DNA of 64,000 nt, taken from NCBI GenBank assembly GCA_963797095.1, contig CAWCNY010000006.1, positions 864,001 through 928,000 of the forward strand, written 5' to 3'. The position numbers and the translations under genes are program-made. This document shows positions 35,286-45,693 of the stretch, one piece after another. Source of the stretch: an uncultured Chloroflexia bacterium. Lineage in GTDB: Bacteria; Chloroflexota; Chloroflexia; QHBQ01; JADMIH01. Positions within the stretch are counted from its first letter, which is position 1. The number at the start of each line of letters is the position of its first letter. The notes below the pieces were generated by a model. It made no database searches, was not told the origin of the DNA, and saw nothing but the letters and a program-made list of their open reading frames with translations.

Positions 35286-36110
35286 GTGAGCACTCCAACT
35301 CGAACGCCCGCGCGCAGGACTCGCTTTGCCCTGCCTCGCAGAAGCCGCAAGCCAACTCCACCTGTCCATATTCGCCCCGATGGAAGCCGCGACGTTGAGC
35401 TTCCGCTTATTGAGCATTTGCGCGAGCTACGCGATCGCTTGATCAAGGCGGCCCTGGCCGTGGCTCTTACCACCGGGTTGAGTCTGATCTTCGCCCAGCA
35501 GGAGCTTGAGTTGCTGGTCAGCTTGAAAGGCGATCATAAGCTGATCGCTCTGGAACCTACAGAGACGTTTGTTGCCTATCTGAAACTGGGTTTCTATACG
35601 GGTATCGCGTTGTCTATGCCGCTGCTTGTATACCAACTCTTCAGGTTCCTGGCCCCTGGCCTGACGAGGACCGAGAGACGTTGGATACTCCTCAGCTTGC
35701 CTGCTGTGACCGTATTTTTCGTGTCAGGCATGTTGTTCTGCTATTTCATCATCTTGCCGAGCGCGATCGATTTTCTGTTCAACTTCGGCGGTGGGGTGGT
35801 AGAGAATTCCTGGAGCGTCTCGAAGTTTCTGTCGTTTGTGACTCAGTTCTTACTGGTGGTTGGGGTGGCGTTTGAAACGCCGGTTATCATCTTCTTGCTA
35901 TCCAAATTAGGGATCGCCACACCCAAGCGCCTGAGCCGCTTCCGGCGATGGGCTTATGTGCTGGCGTTCGTTATCGCGGCGATAATCACGCCCACGCCCG
36001 ATCCCGTTAATCAGACGATTGTTGCGGTCCCGATCATCATCTTGTATGAACTTGGGGTGCTTTTCGCCCGATTGGGCCTTAGACGTCCTACGTCAAATAC
36101 CACATCTTGA
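35286..36110 (+). CDS. tatC: Twin-arginine translocase subunit TatC
   Basis: LIEHLRELRDRL, FLAPGL, FETP, AAIITPTPDP, LYELG. Confidence 0.92.
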   Translation: MSTPTRTPARRTRFALPRRSRKPTPPVHIRPDGSRDVELPLIEHLRELRDRLIKAALAVALTTGLSLIFAQQELELLVSLKGDHKLIALEPTETFVAYLKLGFYTGIALSMPLLVYQLFRFLAPGLTRTERRWILLSLPAVTVFFVSGMLFCYFIILPSAIDFLFNFGGGVVENSWSVSKFLSFVTQFLLVVGVAFETPVIIFLLSKLGIATPKRLSRFRRWAYVLAFVIAAIITPTPDPVNQTIVAVPIIILYELGVLFARLGLRRPTSNTTS

Positions 36111-36518
36111 TTAATCCACTCTCCCCAATCCTTGTGGAATAATATCCAGTTGCTGCAATAGCTCCAACCAATCCCAGTTCGACCATACGATCTCGGAGAT
36201 AAGCCCGTCCTGCAAGCGCATGGTGGACGTGAAAGTAAAGGCGAAATGCTTACCTGTTGGTGGCAACGTTCCGAACGGGGTAAACCATTCTCCGGTGTGG
36301 GTTCCCCTGGTAGTGCCTATTGTCACCACGAGGTCCCCTTCGGCCACCTGATGTTCGATAGTTACCTTCCAATCAGGTATCGCCTTGCTGCGCATCTTCA
36401 GCCGCGGCTCCATGTGCGCCAGTAACTCCGGCGTTAGGAGTTCCTCGGCCACTTCCAGATGGCACTCGTTCACCACCGCTTCAAAATAACGGCGCACCAC
36501 ACTCTTGTTCGCTTGCAT
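36111..36518 (-). CDS. SnoaL-like ester cyclase
   Basis: NKSVVRRYFE, AIPD, VAEGDLV, GTHTG, PPTGK, LLQQL. Confidence 0.85.
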   Translation of the reverse strand: MQANKSVVRRYFEAVVNECHLEVAEELLTPELLAHMEPRLKMRSKAIPDWKVTIEHQVAEGDLVVTIGTTRGTHTGEWFTPFGTLPPTGKHFAFTFTSTMRLQDGLISEIVWSNWDWLELLQQLDIIPQGLGRVD

Positions 36519-36526
36519 AACTATAT

Positions 36527-38398
36527 CTACCTCTCCCCTCGCCTCGGTTCTACCCTGATCGTATGCTCGTTCCTGTACGTTACCTGGCCTGGCGGCGCGT
36601 TGGGTATCCTCCGCACAAATTTCCTCTCAGTATAAACTACGTCTACCTGCGCGTCACCCCTGAGCTTGCTATAACCGGCAGCCAGCCTGGCCGCCTCAAG
36701 GATATCTTCCTGGCCGAGCCGAGGATCGTTCCTGAGGATGACGTGCGAGCCGGGTGTGTTGCGTGCGTGGAACCATATATCCTCGGGAGAGGCAAGACGG
36801 AATGTAGCCGTATCGTTCTGGCCCGCCGTCCTCCCGACCAGGACTCCTATCCCGTTGCTCGTCTGCAATCTTAGGGGTTGAGGTAGCTTTACCTGGGCTT
36901 TCTTGTCCTTCTTTCGCTTGTGTGTGCCCTGGACCTGCGTTTCCACAGGGGGACGCCCTGCTGTTTCCACTTCGGTTTGCACGCTCTTGATCTCGTCGTA
37001 GGTATTCGCCAGTTCCAGGCTTGTCGCCAGTTCATCCATGTAGGCAACGCGCATTTCAGCCTCTGCCATCCGCTCAGGAAGCCCCTCGATGGCTGATTGG
37101 GCCTTCCGGTACTCGCGGAAGATCGCCTGCGAGTTCTCCACGGGAGTGAGGGTGGGGTCAAGGTCAATAGTCAGATGTTCTTCGGGGATCACCAGTTTCG
37201 TTTGTCCAGGCTCCAAAGTGTGCATATAGGCAAGGAGCAGCTCGCCCTTTGTTCGCAGTTGCTCGAGGGCCTGGGCGCGCCGCCATTCTTCGCGCAAGGC
37301 GGCCAGTTTGCGGTCGTCTCTGCCTCTCATCTCGGCTATGCGTGCGGCGATTGAGGCGCGCAAGGCGCTGTGCCGTCCCTTCCCGTCAGCGCTCTCGAAG
37401 AAGCTCTCTGCGGCTTCCGAAATCGTGTTGACGTGTACTAGCGCGGCACCGCTTGCTTGAAGGTGCAACAGAGGGTAGGGCGCGAAATCGAGTGGCCTGT
37501 GCTCTTCATCAGCCTGGGTGGCAAGAGTTGGCTCCCAGCGTTGAGACTCCGGCAGCTGGAGCAACTGCTGCAACTCTCTGAGCACAGCTTCGAGCATTTG
37601 GGGTTGCCTGGATACATCAGCAGCCCTCGACTGGGCATCTCCCATGGCTCTGAATGTTGCCTCCCGCGCCAGCGTTGGGCTGACAGCAACGTACCCGCCA
37701 ACCAGACCCTTCCAGGCTGGTGCTTTTGGATCAGTTGCGTATGCACGCTCGATCTCCAGAGCAAGCGCGTTGATGGTTGTCCGCAGGGCGTCGCGCTTGT
37801 CCTGTGGAGGCGGGGGAACGTAGAGGTGATTGGGCAAGGTAACCCTGTAGCGATTGATACTGGACGGTATGCGCTTGATACTCTCCATGACCGTGCCATC
37901 CTCGCCCACGAGCACGATATTGCTTACTTTACCCATGATTTCGGCCACCAATTCGACCGTTACGAGGGGTGCGAATTCGTCCTCAGGCTCGTCATCCAGG
38001 CCGTTTTCCTGGGGGTTAGTATCCCTAAAGTCCCACCCAAAATGGTACTCTTGGTGCTTGTGTGGGGAAATCCTTTTGGCTATACTGAGTGTAAGCACCC
38101 GTTCCGAAGGGGGCTGCGTGATATCTACCAGCGTGCCGCCTCTAGCGTATTTGCGTAAGAGGAGCAGCAGCGGATGTTTCTGCGCTGGATCGCGGGACGG
38201 TGCCGACTTTACCAGATGAATACGAGCATTCTGCGGATGTGCCGAGATCAGGAGGTTGGTTCTGCCGGTGCCTGCTCGATAGAGTTGCAGGCCCATGGTC
38301 AACGGACCGGACATGACCACATCCTGTATCCGCCCGCCAACTACCTTATCAAGGAGTTCGGCGCGCAGAGCGGATAGGGTCAAAGCATCAAAAGGCAT
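36527..38398 (-). CDS. rqcH: NFACT family ribosome quality control protein (RqcH/FbpA)
   Basis: MPFDALTL, LLRKY, EIMGKVSNI, coiled coil, VGRTAGQND, WFHARNTPGSHV, PGQVTY. Confidence 0.88.
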   Translation of the reverse strand: MPFDALTLSALRAELLDKVVGGRIQDVVMSGPLTMGLQLYRAGTGRTNLLISAHPQNARIHLVKSAPSRDPAQKHPLLLLLRKYARGGTLVDITQPPSERVLTLSIAKRISPHKHQEYHFGWDFRDTNPQENGLDDEPEDEFAPLVTVELVAEIMGKVSNIVLVGEDGTVMESIKRIPSSINRYRVTLPNHLYVPPPPQDKRDALRTTINALALEIERAYATDPKAPAWKGLVGGYVAVSPTLAREATFRAMGDAQSRAADVSRQPQMLEAVLRELQQLLQLPESQRWEPTLATQADEEHRPLDFAPYPLLHLQASGAALVHVNTISEAAESFFESADGKGRHSALRASIAARIAEMRGRDDRKLAALREEWRRAQALEQLRTKGELLLAYMHTLEPGQTKLVIPEEHLTIDLDPTLTPVENSQAIFREYRKAQSAIEGLPERMAEAEMRVAYMDELATSLELANTYDEIKSVQTEVETAGRPPVETQVQGTHKRKKDKKAQVKLPQPLRLQTSNGIGVLVGRTAGQNDTATFRLASPEDIWFHARNTPGSHVILRNDPRLGQEDILEAARLAAGYSKLRGDAQVDVVYTERKFVRRIPNAPPGQVTYRNEHTIRVEPRRGER

Positions 38399-38527
38399 CT
38401 TTGGGAGCGTGGTGTGCGAAACGGTTGCGCGGTTGTTCGTTCGCTAACTTGGGATTGCGGATTGCAGAGAAGGAAAGTATAACATAAGGAAACACTCCAC
38501 CCCTAGCAGAGGTAAGAGCCAAGCCTT

Positions 38528-39235
38528 ATGACCAATACCGCCACTCAACCGGATGAACTGCCTCCGGATATACAAAGGATAGTAGACGAAGCCGAAAATG
38601 CGCCTGAGTTTGATAAGTATATAGATCGTCCGCAGCCGCCTCTGTTGGTGGTGTTGACAGGCCCCTCGGGAGTGGGCAAAGATGTGACTTTGCAGGCTAT
38701 GGCGGCCAGAGGGATACCTTTTCACTATGTAGTAACGGTAACGACGCGAGAAATAAGGGACGGCGAGCTAGATGGTGTGCATTACTATTTCAAGACTCGC
38801 CAGGAATACCAGAGGATGAAGGATAATGGCGAGTTGCTAGAGAACGCCGAAGTTTATGGGAACTACTATGGGATACCGAAAAGTGAGGTTGTTGCGCCAC
38901 TGAAACGTGGAGAAGATGTGATAATGAAGCCGGACGTGCAAGGCGCACGCAGAATGCGAGAACTGGAGCCGGATGCGGTCTATATCTTTCTCGCTCCGCC
39001 CAGTATGAATGTTCTTGCCGAGCGGCTTTACCATCGTAAGACAGAAGACCCCCAGGAGCTAACGCGCAGACTGAAACTAGCACGAGAAGAGATGCATGAC
39101 CTAAGCGACTTCGACTATGTGGTGGTAAATAGGAGCAATGAACTGAATGAAACAGTAGAGGAGATCGAAGCCATAATCAAAGCCGAGAAATGCCGGGTTC
39201 ACCCCCGGAGAATCAGGCTGGCCGGGATGTCCTAG
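38528..39235 (+). CDS. gmk: Guanylate kinase
   Basis: GPSGVGKD, TTREIRDGELDGVHYYF, YGNYYG, DVQGA, IFLAPPS. Confidence 0.95.
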   Translation: MTNTATQPDELPPDIQRIVDEAENAPEFDKYIDRPQPPLLVVLTGPSGVGKDVTLQAMAARGIPFHYVVTVTTREIRDGELDGVHYYFKTRQEYQRMKDNGELLENAEVYGNYYGIPKSEVVAPLKRGEDVIMKPDVQGARRMRELEPDAVYIFLAPPSMNVLAERLYHRKTEDPQELTRRLKLAREEMHDLSDFDYVVVNRSNELNETVEEIEAIIKAEKCRVHPRRIRLAGMS

Positions 39236-39330
39236 CGTCGTACTTTAGGAGAATAAAGTCGAAGGAACAGGGCGGGCGTGGTGCGTAATCACGATCATAC
39301 CGCATCACGTACTATGCATAGGGGGATATC

Positions 39331-40944
39331 ATGTCAGTCAACACGCTAGAGCGCGATGTAGCACGTTTACTTCAAGAGGGCCAGGCCGCGGCCAGGCGCG
39401 GCGATAGAGCCATGGCACGCGCACTTCTTACCCAGCTCGTTGAACAAGACCCACGCAACGAAGAGGCGTGGATGTGGCTCAGTGGCGTCGTCACAGACCC
39501 TGATGAGCAGCAGATCTGTCTTGAAAACGCGCTGGTGATCAACCCTTACAACGCGCATGCCCGTAAGGGTTTGGAATTCGTGCTCACCAAGACCAATACG
39601 CCCTCTCGTGTGCCCCTTGCGCCTCCTGCCCCGGTTGTTTCGGGAGCCGCACGCCCAACTGTCCCGTCAGTTCCCGGCGAGTCACACGCTTCGGCTTTCG
39701 CCGCTGATACTGCCCCAGCAGCTCCAATGCCTGCCGGTACCGCGCCCGCAGTCGCAGTACCGGAACGCCCGCAAGAGATCGCTGCCGGTGGTGTTGCACC
39801 TGCTGCGAGCCATGAGTTTGCTTCTCGTATGAAGGATCCGTTCGCGCTCGTGAGTGGCGAATTACCCGCCGATTTCGATGCCGAACCGTTTGTCCCGCCT
39901 GGGATGGAGGATTTGAGTGAGCCTACGCCCGCCACCCGCCAGACCGGCCCGACAGGTTCGCTCTTGAAGGCGACCCCAGAACAAATAGGCGAAGAGCTGC
40001 CAAGCTGGTTGCAAGAATTGACCCCCAGCGAGCCGGTCCACTCTCATGCCCAGGAAGACTCGTCTTTCTCTCCTTTCAACATGTCCGATTTTCCTAACCA
40101 GCCCACTAACGGTGCCGGACCTTCGGGCGCAAACGGCATGAGTGGGATGCCTGGGATGCCTGGTATGCCTGGTATGCCCCCTAAGACCTCTACTGTGCAG
40201 CCCTTCGGCCCCGCAGACTTTACTGGTACCGGCGACCTTGGGATGGGCGCGTCTATGTCGGCTCCTGCGAATGGGCCTGTGGGGCCGTTCTCGGATATTC
40301 AGATGCCCTCGCCACACGAACTGCCCGGCGGCATGGAGGGCTTTGGCGCTCCTAAGTCCAACTCGGCGCAACCCTGGTATTTGCAGGGCAGTGGGAGCTC
40401 ACAGCATGGAAACGGCTCCGCATACCTCGATAGTACTATGCTCAAGAGTGGGGCGTTGGAAAGCTCCATGCTTACATCGACCATGCTGGACGACCAGAAG
40501 CGCAACAAACCCGTGGTTACCATACCGTGCCCTAACTGTGAGCAACAGGTCCCGGAGACATCGCTGGCGTGCCCCAATTGCCGGTACAGCTTCTTCGTCA
40601 ATTGCCCATTCTGCCACGAATTGATAGATACCACCGAGGCCGTCCCCAACAAGATTGAGCCTTGTCCATACTGCCACAAGGATGTCGATAAGTGGGCGCT
40701 TGGTTTGGGTGGGGTGCCTGACCTGGTGTCGCAGAAGAATCCCGGTTCGCGCCCCGCCGATTCCGGCCCTGGCCCCGATCCGGCCTTCCCGGCGATGAAA
40801 CATACGCTGGATATCAATACGGCACGCCAGAAAGGCTTGAGCTTTGCATGGGTGGTAGACCTGCTGTGGCTGATCGCGATAATAGCGATGGTGTGGGCAT
40901 TGACGCAACTGCCCACCTGGCTACACTTGTCCGGCCAGTATTAG
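39331..40944 (+). CDS. TPR - Pro-rich linker - multi zinc ribbon - C-terminal TM protein
   Basis: DPRNEEAWMWLS TPR; CPNC, CPNC, CPFC and CPYC motifs; hydrophobic C-terminal helix. Confidence 0.7.
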   Translation: MSVNTLERDVARLLQEGQAAARRGDRAMARALLTQLVEQDPRNEEAWMWLSGVVTDPDEQQICLENALVINPYNAHARKGLEFVLTKTNTPSRVPLAPPAPVVSGAARPTVPSVPGESHASAFAADTAPAAPMPAGTAPAVAVPERPQEIAAGGVAPAASHEFASRMKDPFALVSGELPADFDAEPFVPPGMEDLSEPTPATRQTGPTGSLLKATPEQIGEELPSWLQELTPSEPVHSHAQEDSSFSPFNMSDFPNQPTNGAGPSGANGMSGMPGMPGMPGMPPKTSTVQPFGPADFTGTGDLGMGASMSAPANGPVGPFSDIQMPSPHELPGGMEGFGAPKSNSAQPWYLQGSGSSQHGNGSAYLDSTMLKSGALESSMLTSTMLDDQKRNKPVVTIPCPNCEQQVPETSLACPNCRYSFFVNCPFCHELIDTTEAVPNKIEPCPYCHKDVDKWALGLGGVPDLVSQKNPGSRPADSGPGPDPAFPAMKHTLDINTARQKGLSFAWVVDLLWLIAIIAMVWALTQLPTWLHLSGQY

Positions 40945-40961
40945 TGTGATACTATAGTTTT

Positions 40962-42599
40962 GTGCCGGATTCCAGGGACACTCACCTTTCCGGTGGTTCG
41001 GTCGAGGAGGATCAGGTTAAGGTAATCGTTCTACGCGATCACCAGGTCGCAGAACGTTTGCTGGAGGATCTTCTCGCCGCCGATTTCGCTTCGCCGGGAT
41101 ATACTCTTCTGCTGGCGCGCGCCTCGATGCTTGGTGCGCCCTTGCTCGCCGCCGTTACTCGCCGGCTTGATGCCTTCAATCCGCGCGCCCTGGATGTGCT
41201 GGGCAGGGTGGTTGCCGTCTATCCAGACGTGCGCAAGGTAGTGACAGCGCTTAGGCGCACCGCCAACGACCGCCGGTTGCCCGACCGACGCCGCATGGGG
41301 GCCGTGATGCTGTTAGAGCAGGCGTTTGGCCTCCAGCCGCCTGACGATTTCCTCTCTACCTTACAGGAGCCTGTCCAGTCGGCCACTGGTCTTTTGCTGG
41401 GTGCCCTGGACAATCACGTTGGGAATCCCACCGCCCTGCGCGATTATCTTCGCGCCCTGGTGTTTCAGCCGCTTGACCTGCTGTACTCGGTGCTTGGCGC
41501 ACTGGCCGACGCAGGCGATGACCGCACCGTAGATGTGTTGCGCCTTCTCGCACTGCAACCTGACCCCGATCTACAAGTAGGGGCTATAGAGGCATTGGCT
41601 GCAAGGGGCACCGAACGCGCTCTCAAAACGCTTGCGGTGCTTGAGCTTACCCTTCCTGAGGAGACAGGACGCGCCGCCAACCGTCACTTGCAGAAGCTCA
41701 GGCTGAGCGGAGCAGAGGTTGCCACCCTGAGGACACCAACGGCAGATTGCCGAGCCTGGCTGAGCGCCATTGATGGACGAGGTGACCGGCTTCTGTGGCT
41801 GGCAAGCCCCCAGCTGGAAGGAGCAGGCGGATATACCGTGCTTGGGCTGCTGATCAACGACCTCGCCGGTGTGCTCGATGCTATCGGGTCGGGTTCGGTT
41901 CAAGAGGCTGCTTTGCCGCGCAGTCTACCGGTTGGCACTCTGCTGCCGCGCCTTGATTTGAGCATCAGCGGCATCCAATCATCAGATTCGGCGCTAGGCG
42001 AACATACCGGCGGTTACCTGGTGGTGCCGTTTACTTATGCGCTGGCGGTTTTACGTGAGGCGGTGACGTCCAACTGGGCAATGGGCACTCCTTTGCCTAT
42101 TGAGTACCAACTGCTTAACGCCTCTACATGGGAATACGCAGGCGGGTTGCCTATTGAGTTGGCGAGCGGATCATCGGGTGATGATGAGCCTGGCTCGGAG
42201 GCAAACCAGGCGGGTGAGGGCGAGAGCGATCTCCTTTTCGATACGCTCTTTGATAGCTGGTATCTTGAGGGCACGTCCGTACATGGTGTGGCGGAGGATG
42301 TGGCCGAACTGGGAGGGGCGCTCCCAGATGAATTGACTGATGATAACTGGCGCATGTTGCTGCCCGCCCTTATCCGTCTTGCTCACGACGAATTTGGGCC
42401 GGAGCTGCGCGCCCGCTATGCGTCGCGCCTCATGCGGATGGCCGAATGGTTTGATTATGCTGAGAGGCATAATGCCGCCGAAATGTCGAGGCAGTGTGCT
42501 CACGCCATGCTTAATTCACCTCCTGAGGCCAATCTCTTTGTGTTGCGGCTTGTGCAAAAAGGGATCCTGGTGGCCTTATCGGAGATGTTGCGGAACTGA
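40962..42599 (+). CDS. Hypothetical helical (HEAT-like) protein
   Basis: 545-aa ORF with HEAT-like segments (LQVGAIEALA) and a SAIDGRGDR motif. Confidence 0.6.
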   Translation: MPDSRDTHLSGGSVEEDQVKVIVLRDHQVAERLLEDLLAADFASPGYTLLLARASMLGAPLLAAVTRRLDAFNPRALDVLGRVVAVYPDVRKVVTALRRTANDRRLPDRRRMGAVMLLEQAFGLQPPDDFLSTLQEPVQSATGLLLGALDNHVGNPTALRDYLRALVFQPLDLLYSVLGALADAGDDRTVDVLRLLALQPDPDLQVGAIEALAARGTERALKTLAVLELTLPEETGRAANRHLQKLRLSGAEVATLRTPTADCRAWLSAIDGRGDRLLWLASPQLEGAGGYTVLGLLINDLAGVLDAIGSGSVQEAALPRSLPVGTLLPRLDLSISGIQSSDSALGEHTGGYLVVPFTYALAVLREAVTSNWAMGTPLPIEYQLLNASTWEYAGGLPIELASGSSGDDEPGSEANQAGEGESDLLFDTLFDSWYLEGTSVHGVAEDVAELGGALPDELTDDNWRMLLPALIRLAHDEFGPELRARYASRLMRMAEWFDYAERHNAAEMSRQCAHAMLNSPPEANLFVLRLVQKGILVALSEMLRN

Positions 42600-42619
42600 G
42601 CAGGCGGCAAAATATGCCG

Positions 42620-43321
42620 CTATTCGTGCACTTCGCCCCGAATTGTTGCTACCACCCTGATTACTGCGAGGGTGGAATTATCGTAAAGGGCGTAAGTTTG
42701 GACCCACCTGTAGACCAGGGGCCGATCCGGGTGCTTGGGTAGTTCTTTCCCGGTGTAGCTGTAGAGAAGATACCTCTTTGCTTCGTTGCTGCGGCCTATG
42801 GCCTCAAGTTCCAGGTCGCCCGTTTGGAAGTCGTCTGACGTTAGTTTTAGCTGCCCTGTGACTTCCTTGAATGGGTCGAGGGCAAGGCTCACATAGTTCA
42901 CGGCTGCCAGCTTTGTGCCCTCCGATTTGATAGCTGCGCCTGTGATTTCCTGCGCCCTGTCGTCCTGAACGAACTCGCTCTGTCCCGGCTCGATCCAGGT
43001 GATGTCGCCCAGGCCTCTGGTAATTGCGTCACGATATTTGCCCGTTTCGGGCACTTCGATGACCTCCATTTCAGCATATGTCAAACTAGTAATTGTCTGT
43101 TCACTTTCAGGTGTTGGGTTTGCAGGCAGGACCGTCGCCGGCGAAACAGCAGGCCCGACGGTAGGCGTTGGCTGATTCGAATCGCCACATCCCACAAGAC
43201 CTGGCGTCGCCAATAATAGCATCAGGAGTATGGTGACAGGGGGTGGATACAACGACTTTCTCGTCCTATGCTCCTTCGGCGTGATATCCGTGGTATCATT
43301 ATAAGGAGGAAATAAGCTCAA
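42620..43321 (-). CDS. Putative lipoprotein (start uncertain)
   Basis: Hydrophobic stretch ending in the lipobox LVGC, followed by a Pro/Thr linker. Confidence 0.65.
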   Translation of the reverse strand: MSLFPPYNDTTDITPKEHRTRKSLYPPPVTILLMLLLATPGLVGCGDSNQPTPTVGPAVSPATVLPANPTPESEQTITSLTYAEMEVIEVPETGKYRDAITRGLGDITWIEPGQSEFVQDDRAQEITGAAIKSEGTKLAAVNYVSLALDPFKEVTGQLKLTSDDFQTGDLELEAIGRSNEAKRYLLYSYTGKELPKHPDRPLVYRWVQTYALYDNSTLAVIRVVATIRGEVHE

Positions 43322-43410
43322 CAGTACAAATCAGAATAGGATAGACGCTTACCCCGGCCTATCCGGGGCCATTTTCACTAAGAGTATAATACCTGAAATT
43401 AGAGGATAAG

Positions 43411-43722
43411 ATGCCGATCTACGAATATGAATGTAAGAATTGCAACAACCGCTTTGAGAAGCTCCAGCCTGTGACCGCCGACCCGATCAAGGTGTGCCCC
43501 AATTGCGGGGAAGAGAGCGTGCGTCGCGTGCTCCACCCGGTGGGGATTATCTTCAAAGGAAGCGGCTGGTATGTCACAGACACACGTAAGGCTCCACCAT
43601 CAGAGACCTCGTCCGAAGGCAGCAGTTCGTCGGGCAAGTCTTCGGAGGGAAAGAGCAGCGAAAGCAAGGATTCGAGCAGCGGAAAAGGCGAATCAGGCAA
43701 AGAATCCGCCTCCACGCAATAG
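43411..43722 (+). CDS. FmdB family zinc-ribbon protein
   Basis: MPIYEYECKNC...CPNCG...FKGSGWYVTD plus a Ser-rich tail. Confidence 0.9.
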   Translation: MPIYEYECKNCNNRFEKLQPVTADPIKVCPNCGEESVRRVLHPVGIIFKGSGWYVTDTRKAPPSETSSEGSSSSGKSSEGKSSESKDSSSGKGESGKESASTQ

Positions 43723-43736
43723 GCGATGAACTCGCT

Positions 43737-44591
43737 ATGACCGAGTGGATCTATGGGCGGCACGCCGTCGAGGAGGCGTTGAAGGCGGGCAGACGCAAGG
43801 TTCACCGCCTGTTACTGGCTGAGGCGTCTCCGGCCCGCGATATAAGTGTCACCCCGTCGAAAGAGGATAAAAGTAACAGACCGGCGCGTGACTCTAGAGG
43901 TTCGAAACGTGGGCAGAACAAAGACAACGATAGGGCCGACAGGTTTGACGCCATGATCGCACTTGCTCACGAGCTTCGCGCCCAGGTCGAGCGTGTGGCC
44001 CCTGCACGTCTCGATGCGATCACGCGGGTGGGCCACCATCACCAGGGGGTGGCCGCCGAGGTGTCGCCGTTTCCTTACATGTCGCTAGCCGATACCATCC
44101 GGCTTTGTGAAGCAGCAGGCAAAGATGCGCTTGTCCTGATCCTGGACGCGATTCAGGACCCGCAGAACTTCGGTACACTGCTACGCACCTCGGAGGCTTC
44201 GGGCGTGACCGCTATTGTTATGCTCGACCGGAGGCAAGTGGAGGTAACGCCCGCTGTCTCGAATGCATCATCGGGAGCGGTGGAGCATCTCAAGATCTGC
44301 CTGGCGAACAACTTGACACGCGCCATCGATGGCCTGAAAGAGGTCGGTGTGTGGGTGTACGCGTTGCAAGCAGAGGCTGAGGCGACCCCTTATACAGCGG
44401 CGGATTTGCGAGGGCCTGTGGGCCTTGTGGTAGGCTCAGAGGGGAGAGGAGTGGGGCATCTGGTTCGGCAGCACTGCGATGCGGCACTGGCAATCCCCAT
44501 GCGAGGCAAGATAGAGTCGTTGAACGCCGCAGTAGCAGGTTCGATTGTGCTATATGAGGTGCTCCGGCAGCGTGAGCCTGAGGGCAAATGA
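43737..44591 (+). CDS. rlmB: 23S rRNA 2'-O-methyltransferase (SpoU/RlmB)
   Basis: IYGRHAVEEAL, HQGV, IQDPQNFGTLLR, VVGSEGRG, ESLNAAVA. Confidence 0.9.
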   Translation: MTEWIYGRHAVEEALKAGRRKVHRLLLAEASPARDISVTPSKEDKSNRPARDSRGSKRGQNKDNDRADRFDAMIALAHELRAQVERVAPARLDAITRVGHHHQGVAAEVSPFPYMSLADTIRLCEAAGKDALVLILDAIQDPQNFGTLLRTSEASGVTAIVMLDRRQVEVTPAVSNASSGAVEHLKICLANNLTRAIDGLKEVGVWVYALQAEAEATPYTAADLRGPVGLVVGSEGRGVGHLVRQHCDAALAIPMRGKIESLNAAVAGSIVLYEVLRQREPEGK

Positions 44592-44624
44592 TAGACCTGA
44601 GGTGAGCCGGTACTTCTCGCCTGA

Positions 44625-45104
44625 CTAACCGCTGTACTTGAACCCCGCTTCCTTCATGGTAAGAGGCTCACCATCCTGGTTGTAATGGGCGTCTACCACT
44701 TCGCCGAGGAACAGGATGTGGTCACCTGCTGGCTGTCTCGCTACAACACGGCATTCAACAGCGCCCAGTGCCTCAGCTAGGAGAGGAGACCCGGTGCTGC
44801 CGGTGGTCCACTCGTAGCCTATGAGCTTGTCGCCCACTTTGGCGGTTGATTTGCCGAAATGCCCCGCGAATTCTCGCTGGCCGCTCTCAAGAACGTTGAT
44901 GGCGAACACACCGCTTTCTCTGATTACATCGAGGAAATGAGCGGTATTCTCTACTGCCAGCGCCAGCATGCGAGGTTCAAATGACACTTGCCAGACCCAG
45001 TTTACCAGCATAGACCCGGTATTCCCTGCCTTGTCTGCGGTGGTGGCAACATATAAGCCGTATGTGAAAAGTCTGAGGGTCTTCTTTGCAACCGCGTTAT
45101 CCAT
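44625..45104 (-). CDS. Flavin reductase family protein
   Basis: TYGLYV, QVSFEP, TGSPLL, GDHILFLGEVV. Confidence 0.88.
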   Translation of the reverse strand: MDNAVAKKTLRLFTYGLYVATTADKAGNTGSMLVNWVWQVSFEPRMLALAVENTAHFLDVIRESGVFAINVLESGQREFAGHFGKSTAKVGDKLIGYEWTTGSTGSPLLAEALGAVECRVVARQPAGDHILFLGEVVDAHYNQDGEPLTMKEAGFKYSG

Positions 45105-45146
45105 TCGATATCCTCCCTTGTGCGTGAAACGTGATATGTGAGGACA

Positions 45147-45178
45147 AGTGACGAGTGACGAGTGACGAGTGACGAGTG
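45147..45178. repeat. Heptamer tandem repeat AGTGACG x4.5
   Basis: Perfect intergenic tandem array. Confidence 0.9.
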
Positions 45179-45240
45179 CGTTGGGAAGGGCGCAATACGC
45201 AGTATGCCATAGTCATGTATCACATATCCTGTTCATCTTC

Positions 45241-45648
45241 TCAGCGAGTGTTCTCGTCTACGGGAAGCCTGCCCGCGAAGCCTGTGGAGAGCTCATGCCA
45301 GTATCCCACTTCGGGTTCGCCAAGTTGCCAGCAGAGATAGACCTCGCGGCCTTCGCGCATAGCCCGGAAATCGATCAGGCCGATGGATAGGTCCTTTAGC
45401 TCAATATCCCACTCATCGAGCTGGCGCAGTCCGGCACGCAGAGCATCGGTTAGCGCCTGGGAGGCTTGCACGACGGTGGGATCCTCAATCGGGTTGTGAT
45501 GCCCGTTGCTCTTGACTTTGGTCAGAACCTCGTCAATCCGCCCATCCACCATCCCTTTCTGTCTGCCAAGCGCCTGCAACTGTGTGAGCAACTCGGACAG
45601 TTGAGGCAGCATCATATTAGCTTCTTCCAGGGTGTAATATTTGGGCAT
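45241..45648 (-). CDS. DUF2203 family protein
   Basis: YTLEEAN..LP, LKDLSIGLIDF, VYLCWQLGEPEVGYWH, GFAGR. Confidence 0.85.
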   Translation of the reverse strand: MPKYYTLEEANMMLPQLSELLTQLQALGRQKGMVDGRIDEVLTKVKSNGHHNPIEDPTVVQASQALTDALRAGLRQLDEWDIELKDLSIGLIDFRAMREGREVYLCWQLGEPEVGYWHELSTGFAGRLPVDENTR

Positions 45649-45693
45649 CTTGTGAAGTTGAGGATTATGTGTTTCTTACTCTATATAGGCGAC

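Noticed and set aside
40135-40180. 9-bp repeats encoding GMP
   Set aside because: In-frame low-complexity linker; cannot cause phase switching.
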